From the NCBI GenBank assembly GCA_963830995.1, contig CAWHOK010000001.1, forward strand, positions 111,689-175,688: a DNA stretch of 64,000 nucleotides, in the 5' to 3' direction. This DNA is from an uncultured Alphaproteobacteria bacterium. Its GTDB lineage: Bacteria; Pseudomonadota; Alphaproteobacteria; Rhizobiales; Xanthobacteraceae. A program made the translations under genes and the position numbers. The notes beneath the pieces are model-generated. The model was given only the letters and a program-made list of their open reading frames with translations, had not been told where the DNA came from and did not search any database. Positions 47,951 to 54,670 of this stretch are shown here, piece after piece. Every line of letters begins with the position of its first letter. Position 1 is the first letter of the stretch.

Positions 47951-49003
47951 ATGCCGAAATTTTTCCGGCGTAATTTTGGGTCTGGCCTGTTGATCGGCTG
48001 CATGATTGCGGTCGCCTTGGCCGCGGCAGGGATCACCTATGAGCGCTACGATACAAAAACCCTCAAGCGGACGATAAATCGCGGCGCTGTTTATTGCGGC
48101 GTCAGCACCGGTCTGCCGGGATTTTCCAGCGCCGATGAAAAAGGGGTTTGGTCAGGGTTCGATGTCGATTTTTGCCGCGCGATTGCGGCGGCGATCTTCG
48201 ACGATCCGAACAAGGTGAAATTCGTCCCGCTCGACGCCAATCAGCGCTTCACCGAATTGCAGAAGCGCAAGATCGACGTGTTAGCGCGCAACTCGACTTG
48301 GACGATGTCGCGTGAAACGGAATATGCCCTGAATTTTGCCGGAGTATCTTATTACGATGGCCAGGGCTTCATGGTGCCAAAGGCGCGCAAGCTTGATTCC
48401 GGACTGGAACTCGACGGCAGCAAGGTCTGCGTGCAGTCCGATACGACAACGGGGCTCAATCTTTCAGATTATTTCCGCGTCAACAATATTAAGTACCAGG
48501 AAATCAAATTCGCCAGGATCGAAGATGGCTTGAAGTCATATGACTCCGGGCAGTGCGACGTCTTTACGGCTGACGTCTCCCAGCTTTACGCGCTGCGTCT
48601 CAAGCTCGCTAAGCCGGGCGACCACACGATTTTGCCGGACGTCATTTCGAAGGAGCCGCTGTCGCCCGTGGTGCGGCAGAAGGACGACGAGTGGCTGCTG
48701 ATCGTGAAATGGACGCTGTACGCGATGCTCAACGCCGAAGAGCTCGGCATTACGTCGCAGAATATCGATCAGGCGCTTCAGTCGAAGAAGCCCGACGTGA
48801 TGCGTTTTGTCGGCACCGAAGGCGAATATGGCGAGGCACTGGGCCTCGCCAAGGATTGGTCGGTCCGGATCATCCGCCACGTCGGCAATTACGGCGAGGT
48901 CTACGAGCGCAATGTCGGCGTCGATTCCAAGCTCGGCATCCCGCGCGGGCTCAATCAACTCTGGAATGCCGGCGGCATCCAGTACGCACCACCGCTGCGC
49001 TAG
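47951..49003 (+). CDS. Amino-acid ABC transporter substrate-binding protein (AapJ/BztA-like)
   Basis: GFDVDFCRA, RNSTWT, YYDGQGF, ISKEPL, GNYGE, GGIQYAPP. Confidence 0.9.
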   Translation: MPKFFRRNFGSGLLIGCMIAVALAAAGITYERYDTKTLKRTINRGAVYCGVSTGLPGFSSADEKGVWSGFDVDFCRAIAAAIFDDPNKVKFVPLDANQRFTELQKRKIDVLARNSTWTMSRETEYALNFAGVSYYDGQGFMVPKARKLDSGLELDGSKVCVQSDTTTGLNLSDYFRVNNIKYQEIKFARIEDGLKSYDSGQCDVFTADVSQLYALRLKLAKPGDHTILPDVISKEPLSPVVRQKDDEWLLIVKWTLYAMLNAEELGITSQNIDQALQSKKPDVMRFVGTEGEYGEALGLAKDWSVRIIRHVGNYGEVYERNVGVDSKLGIPRGLNQLWNAGGIQYAPPLR

Positions 49004-49010
49004 CCACGCG

Positions 49011-49092
49011 TGGCGGAAGGGGTGTCCCAACTGGGACGTTGATAACGTTTGTATTTTTGCTCTTTTAAGGCCCGTACCCAAGCGCGCACCCA
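49011..49092 (-). mobile_element. Putative attachment site: tRNA-Ser 3'-end fragment plus integrase arm-like repeats
   Basis: Reverse complement of 49011-49024 is CACCCCTTCCGCCA (acceptor stem, G discriminator, CCA); CGTACCCA / CGCACCCA direct repeats at 49073 and 49085. Confidence 0.55.
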
Positions 49093-49173
49093 CTTGCCGT
49101 TTTAGTCATTGGCGAACATTCCCGGACAACGGCGGCGGTAGTAAGGGGTCCCATCGCAAATAATCACCACATG

Positions 49174-49372
49174 GCTCGCCGCTGTTGCCAGTCGCTTTAG
49201 CATGTCGCTTCCATGATGGAGTGTGGTGCTCGGTTCAATACGGTTAGGTAGGTAGAGCGCTGGCGATGTTGTACCTCCCGTCGTACCGCTGCATCAGAGT
49301 GTGAGCCAGCCTGCGCACTCGATGTCGAGTGATGGAAGCGAGTACGCGACTGGCCAACCCGTCAGAGTGGGC
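49174..49372 (+). ncRNA. Candidate structured non-coding RNA (unassigned family)
   Basis: Nested helices with G-U pairs consistent with the + strand; no listed ORF overlaps it. Confidence 0.55.
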
Positions 49373-49439
49373 TTGATGAAAAAAATTACTTTATCAGTGT
49401 TTTTAAGTGTCTTGGTCGTAGGGCATGAGTCCGCTCTTG

Positions 49440-49541
49440 ATGCTGTGGACGGCTCCTTCACCGGCACGTGAGTGCCGTGAAATGTGGTTGTGTTAGGGCC
49501 CCCACAATTTGGAGGAGCCCAACATGCAGACGATTACCACA
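49440..49541 (+). mobile_element. IS110/IS1111-type left-end remnant with first codons of transposase
   Basis: ATGCTGTGGACGGCTCC end, GGAGGAG RBS, ATG at 49524 encoding MQTITT (recalled N-terminus of rhizobial IS110 transposases, MQTITTIGLD), then unrelated sequence. Confidence 0.6.
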
Positions 49542-49803
49542 TGGCCCCGCCTTCAAACGTTCGAGAAGTCCCTTCTTGGCCATTCCAGTTCTCCGTCAGC
49601 AGTTGTGAGCGAGATCATCGAATGAAAATGGACGCGAGGCTTTCTCGGAAAGCGACCTGCGGCGCAGGAAAACCGACTTGCTGGGTAAAAAGCCGACGTT
49701 TTGAGCAAATAAACCGCCTCCGGGCGGCCAATTGATCAAACGCTCCACCTTTGCTCAGATGCTGCGGTGGAGCATCCACGCAGACGAACAGAGGAGGGAT
49801 CCG

Positions 49804-50616
49804 ATGACCCGCAAAGCGCAAATTCTCTTCGCCGCGATGGCGATGGCGATCGGCCTAACGGCTGCCGCCAAGGCGGATGTGCTCGATGAGGTAAAGAAAC
49901 GCGGCACGCTCGTGGTCGGCGTGAAGGCCGACTACAAGCCGTTCGGTTTTCGCGATCCGTCCGGCGCGATTATCGGCATCGAGCCCGATCTCGCCGCTGA
50001 TGTCGCGAAGAAGCTCGGCGTCAAGCTCGAGCTGGTCCCAGTGGTCTCCGCGAACCGCATGGAATTTCTCCAGCAGGGCAAGATCGATCTGATGATCGCC
50101 ACAATGTCGGATACGCCGGCGCGGCGAAAAGTCGTGCAAGCCATTGATCCGGTGTACTACGCCGACTTCGTCAACGTGCTCCTAAAGAAGGACGCGGGGA
50201 TCAAGAGCTGGGAAGACCTCAAGGGCAAGAAGGTCTGTGCGACCACCGGCGCCTGGTACAACAAACCGGTTTCGGAAAAATACAGCCCCGAACTCGTCGC
50301 TTTCGATGGGTCTGAAAAGCCGCTGCTGTCGCTGAAGTCGGGCGACTGCATTGGTTACCTTTATGACCAGACCTTCGTGGTGGGTAAACTACTCGACAAC
50401 GATTGGAAGGCCGGATTTGAAATGCCACTCCCCGGCATTATGGAAGCGCCGTGGGCGATGGCGGTGAAGACCGGCGAAGACGGCATGAAAAAGGTGATGG
50501 AAGACCTCACCGTTGAGTGGATGAAGAGCGGCCGTATCGTCGAGCTTGAGAAAAAATGGGGCGTGCCCCCGACAGAATATGCGTCGCGCATGCACGCCAA
50601 ATACAAGGGCATGTAA
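49804..50616 (+). CDS. Polar amino-acid ABC transporter substrate-binding protein
   Basis: Signal peptide, GVKADYKPFG, NR..LQQGKIDL. Confidence 0.9.
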   Translation: MTRKAQILFAAMAMAIGLTAAAKADVLDEVKKRGTLVVGVKADYKPFGFRDPSGAIIGIEPDLAADVAKKLGVKLELVPVVSANRMEFLQQGKIDLMIATMSDTPARRKVVQAIDPVYYADFVNVLLKKDAGIKSWEDLKGKKVCATTGAWYNKPVSEKYSPELVAFDGSEKPLLSLKSGDCIGYLYDQTFVVGKLLDNDWKAGFEMPLPGIMEAPWAMAVKTGEDGMKKVMEDLTVEWMKSGRIVELEKKWGVPPTEYASRMHAKYKGM

Positions 50617-50685
50617 GGTACGCGGCATGACGGGGCGGCCATGCGGCCGCTCCGTTCGTCATTTGATTGACGGCTGAGTGGGGAC

Positions 50686-51444
50686 ATGCAGCCGATCTAC
50701 GACTGGTTTCTTCAGCTTTACGATACCACCGGCATCAACCTGCCATTTATCTATGACGGGTTCGATCGCGCGCGGATGCTCAAGGGGCTGTGGCTGACGA
50801 TAGAGCTGTCGGTCATCACGGTCGTTCTGAGCGTCATTATCGGGATCGTCGGCGCCTGGCTGCAACGCTCGCATTTCGTTTGGTTGCGGCGCGGGGTCGC
50901 CGGTTTTATCAGCATATTCCGCAACACGCCGCCGCTTGTTCAGATTTACTTTTTCTACTTTGGCCTCGGCTTCGTGCTGCCGCGTATGGCGGGGGAGGGC
51001 GGCTCGTTGGTGCCTATGATCTCGAATTTCCAGTGGGCGATCATCTCACTGTCGCTATTTGCCGGCGCATTCAACATCGAGATTTTCCGTTCCGGCATCG
51101 ACGCGGTGCCGTCCGCGATGATCGAGGCGGCGGAAGGCCTCGGCTATTCCCGCTTCCAGGTCTATCGCGACGTTCTGCTGCCGTTGGCGATCCGCGTGTG
51201 TCTGCCCGCGCTCGGCAACAACTTGGTCAATCTGGTGAAGACTACTAACCTTGCTTATGCCATTGCCGTGCCGGAGCTGCTTTACGTCTCCAAACAGATC
51301 TGGTCTGACGCGACCAATGTGCGTGAGATGATGGTATTTCTGCTGATCGCCTATCTGGCCTTGGTGTTCCTGCTAGTCGGCACGCTGAAATGGATCGAAC
51401 GCACGATCCGCGTCCCCGGCGTCGGGCAGGCGGGAGCGCACTAA
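50686..51444 (+). CDS. Polar amino-acid ABC transporter permease
   Basis: FRNTPPLVQ and EAA loop (EIFRSGI..VP..MIEAA.GLG). Confidence 0.9.
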   Translation: MQPIYDWFLQLYDTTGINLPFIYDGFDRARMLKGLWLTIELSVITVVLSVIIGIVGAWLQRSHFVWLRRGVAGFISIFRNTPPLVQIYFFYFGLGFVLPRMAGEGGSLVPMISNFQWAIISLSLFAGAFNIEIFRSGIDAVPSAMIEAAEGLGYSRFQVYRDVLLPLAIRVCLPALGNNLVNLVKTTNLAYAIAVPELLYVSKQIWSDATNVREMMVFLLIAYLALVFLLVGTLKWIERTIRVPGVGQAGAH

Positions 51445-52292
51445 TGGAGGTGCTTTACCGGACGCCAAAGCCTGTGGCCCCGTTGCCTTTCGATGGCCTG
51501 TGGCCGCTCACAACGGTCACGCGCAAGCAGGCCGTCGGAGTCATCGCCATGGCCGCCGGGATTTCTCTGCTTTCAACCGGCGGCTTGGCCCAGGTGGCGG
51601 CGCAGAAGTCCACAGTCATCGAAGCGCTGCTGCGCTGGGCGCCGCTGCTGCTGTGGGGCTTTGCGTTCAATCTGCTGATTTCCGCCGGTGCCATGCTATG
51701 CGGTACAATCGTCGGTGTCTTTGTCGGCATTGGACAGATGTCGCGCATCGCCGTTGTGCGCGTCGCCGCCAAGATCGTCACCGAGGTGTTCCGTAACTCG
51801 CCGTGGCTTGTCGTTTTGTTCGCTTGCATTCTACTGTTGCCGTTCCAGATTCGAATCTTCGGCTTCGTCATTCCGTTCCCCGACTGGGCCAAGGCTATTT
51901 TCGGGTTCAGTCTGCCGGTGATGGCGAACACCTCCGAGATCGTGCGTGGTGCGGTCATGTCGGTGCCCACCGGTCAATGGGAAAGCGCTGAAAGCCTGGG
52001 TTATTCGCGGGCTCAGGCTTATCTGCACGTAATCCTGCCGCAGTGCGTGCGGCGAATGTTACCGCCATGGATGAATCTCTATTCGCTGGTGACGATGGCG
52101 ACCGTCTATTCGGCGCTGATCGGCGTCAGTGAGATGTTGACGCTAACGTCCCAGGTTCTCGCTGCCGAAGGCTCGCGACCGGATTTCCTGGCGCCGTTCT
52201 ACGGCTTCGTTCTGGTCTGCTTCTTCCTCTACTGCTACCCGATCGGCAAATGGACGCAGCATCTTGAACGCAAATATCAGGTGAATCTCTGA
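51444..52292 (+). CDS. Polar amino-acid ABC transporter permease
   Basis: FRNSPWLV, EIVRG..VPTGQWESAESLG, ILPQ. Confidence 0.9.
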   Translation: MEVLYRTPKPVAPLPFDGLWPLTTVTRKQAVGVIAMAAGISLLSTGGLAQVAAQKSTVIEALLRWAPLLLWGFAFNLLISAGAMLCGTIVGVFVGIGQMSRIAVVRVAAKIVTEVFRNSPWLVVLFACILLLPFQIRIFGFVIPFPDWAKAIFGFSLPVMANTSEIVRGAVMSVPTGQWESAESLGYSRAQAYLHVILPQCVRRMLPPWMNLYSLVTMATVYSALIGVSEMLTLTSQVLAAEGSRPDFLAPFYGFVLVCFFLYCYPIGKWTQHLERKYQVNL

Positions 52293-53038
52293 TGGTCGGC
52301 GAACAGCAGCGCCCGATTGTTGCCTTGCGCGACGTGCGCAAATCGTTTGGAAGTTTTCCCGTCCTCAACGGCATCAACCTGGACGTGATGCGTAACGAGA
52401 TCGTCTGCATTATTGGACCGTCGGGTGCGGGCAAGTCGACGCTGATCCGCTGCATTAATGGGCTGGTGCCCGTCAACAGCGGGTCCATCTTGGTAGATGG
52501 CATCGAGGTCAACTCGCCGACACTCGATTTGCTATCGCTGCGCCGCAAGGTCGGGATCGTGTTCCAGCAATACAATCTGTTTCCCCACAAGACGGCACTC
52601 CAGAACATCATGATGGCGCCGGTCACCGTGTTGAAGCAGGACCGGGCCGAAGTCGCCGCACGCGCGCGGATATTGCTCAAGAAGGTACGGCTCGAAGGCA
52701 AGGAAGATGCCTATCCGGCGGAGTTGTCCGGCGGCCAGCAGCAGCGCGTGGCTATCGCGCGGTCGCTGGCGATGCGGCCGGACGTCATGCTGTTCGACGA
52801 GGTCACCGCCGCGCTCGATCCGGAAACTAAGAAAGAGGTGTTGGTCACGGTCCGCGATCTGGCGAAAGACGGTATGACTTGCATCCTCGTCACCCACGAA
52901 ATGGCCTTCGCGCGGGAAGTCGCCAACCAGATTTTTTTCACTGACAAGGGAGTCATCGTCGAGCACGCGCCGCCGGCCGAGTTCTTCACACAGGCCAAGG
53001 ATGCACGTACTCGCGAGTTCTTGAGCCAGATTTTGTAA
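52292..53038 (+). CDS. Polar amino-acid ABC transporter ATPase
   Basis: GPSGAGKST, LSGGQQQRV, FDEVTAALDPE. Confidence 0.95.
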   Translation: MVGEQQRPIVALRDVRKSFGSFPVLNGINLDVMRNEIVCIIGPSGAGKSTLIRCINGLVPVNSGSILVDGIEVNSPTLDLLSLRRKVGIVFQQYNLFPHKTALQNIMMAPVTVLKQDRAEVAARARILLKKVRLEGKEDAYPAELSGGQQQRVAIARSLAMRPDVMLFDEVTAALDPETKKEVLVTVRDLAKDGMTCILVTHEMAFAREVANQIFFTDKGVIVEHAPPAEFFTQAKDARTREFLSQIL

Positions 53039-53153
53039 TAAGTCAGATCGGCGAAAAAACGACAAAAATGCTGGCTGCGGCGTCGCTTTTCCTTAAACTG
53101 TAAACCCGTTGGGCAGGCAACAATCGCCGCCCTCATTCCTACCCGGACTTTCG

Positions 53154-54404
53154 ATGCGCTATTCGGTTCTTTCGCTTGTTACCAATGCGCTAAACGGCAA
53201 CCGCTCCTGGCAGCCCGTCTGGCGCGAGCCACAGCCAAGGGCGGGCTATGACGCCGTCATCGTCGGCGGTGGCGGGCATGGGCTCGCCACCGCATATTAT
53301 CTCGCCAAAGAGCACGGCCTGACCAACGTGGCTGTGCTTGAACGGGGATATCTTGGCGGTGGCAATGTGGGCCGCAATACAACAATCGTCCGTTCCAATT
53401 ATCTGCTGGCCGGAAACATTCCGTTCTACGAGTGGTCTCTCAAACTATGGGAAGGGCTTGAACAGGACATCAATTACAACGCGATGGTTAGCCAGCGTGG
53501 CGTGCTGAACCTGTTTCACTCCGATTCACAACGAGACGCTTTTGCGCGCCGCGGCAATGCGATGCGGATGCATGGCGTCGATGCGGAGTTGCTCGATCAA
53601 GCCGCGGTGCGCCGCATGGTACCGTTCCTTGACTTCGAGAACGCGCGCTTCCCGATCCAAGGTGGACTGCTGCAACGCCGCGGCGGCACGGTACGCCATG
53701 ACGCGGTGGCATGGGGCTATGCACGGGCGGCCGACCATCGCGGTGTCGATCTCATCCAAAATTGCGAAGTCACTGGCATTCGCGTCGAAAACGGCGTCGT
53801 CAGGGGCGTCGAAACGGCGAAGGGATTCATTACCGCGAAGAAAGTCGGCCTCGCCTGCGCTGGCAATTCATCTCAAGTCGCAGCATTGGCGGGCTTGCGG
53901 CTGCCGATCGAGACCCACGTGCTGCAGGCTTTCATTAGCGAAGGCCTCAAGCCGTTCATCAACACTGTCGTGACGTTCGGCGCCGGCCACTTCTATATCA
54001 GCCAGTCCGACAAAGGCGGGCTGGTGTTCGGCGGCGACCCCGATGGTTACAACTCCTATGCGCAACGCGGCAACCTCCCGAACGTGGAGGACGTCTGCGA
54101 GAGTGCAATGGCGGTGATGCCGTCGATCGGTCGCGCGCGTTTGCTGCGCTCGTGGGGCGGCCTGATGGATATGTCGATGGACGGCTCCCCGATCATTGAT
54201 CGCACGCCGATCCAGGGTCTCTATCTCAACGCCGGCTGGTGTTACGGCGGCTTTAAGGCGACGCCGGCGTCCGGCTGGTGTTTCGCTCACTTGATCGCGC
54301 GCGACGAGCCGCACCGCGTTGCCAAGGATTATCGGCTCGATCGCTTCGAAACCGGCGACCTGATCGACGAAAAAGGGCAGGGCGCCCAGCCCAATTTGCA
54401 CTAG
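53154..54404 (+). CDS. soxB: Heterotetrameric sarcosine oxidase beta subunit
   Basis: GGGGHG, GRNTTIVRSNY, RHDAVAWGYA, GWCYGGFKATP. Confidence 0.93.
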   Translation: MRYSVLSLVTNALNGNRSWQPVWREPQPRAGYDAVIVGGGGHGLATAYYLAKEHGLTNVAVLERGYLGGGNVGRNTTIVRSNYLLAGNIPFYEWSLKLWEGLEQDINYNAMVSQRGVLNLFHSDSQRDAFARRGNAMRMHGVDAELLDQAAVRRMVPFLDFENARFPIQGGLLQRRGGTVRHDAVAWGYARAADHRGVDLIQNCEVTGIRVENGVVRGVETAKGFITAKKVGLACAGNSSQVAALAGLRLPIETHVLQAFISEGLKPFINTVVTFGAGHFYISQSDKGGLVFGGDPDGYNSYAQRGNLPNVEDVCESAMAVMPSIGRARLLRSWGGLMDMSMDGSPIIDRTPIQGLYLNAGWCYGGFKATPASGWCFAHLIARDEPHRVAKDYRLDRFETGDLIDEKGQGAQPNLH

Positions 54405-54406
54405 CC

Positions 54407-54670
54407 ATGCGCATTCCTTGCCCACTCTGTGGTGAGCGAGACGCCCGCGAGTTCGCCTACCTCGGCGACGCCGACGTCAAACGCCCCGACGCCACGCATC
54501 CGGCCGCATTCTTCGAGTATGTCTATTTGCGCGACAACCCGGCGGGAATGCTCCACGAATATTGGTATCACGGTACCGGTTGCCGATCCTGGCTCGTCGT
54601 CACGCGTGACACACGGACACATGAAATTGCATCAGCGGTGCGCGCTGCAAGCCGCGGGAGCGGATCATGA
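54407..54670 (+). CDS. soxD: Sarcosine oxidase delta subunit
   Basis: CPLCG.R, YLRDNP, HGTGC, RDTRT. Confidence 0.92.
   Translation: MRIPCPLCGERDAREFAYLGDADVKRPDATHPAAFFEYVYLRDNPAGMLHEYWYHGTGCRSWLVVTRDTRTHEIASAVRAASRGSGS

Noticed and set aside
49600-49800. Glycine or other riboswitch ahead of the ABC-sox module
   Set aside because: No glycine-riboswitch consensus; only a hairpin (CGTTTTGA...TCAAAACG, 49696-49742) of unclear meaning
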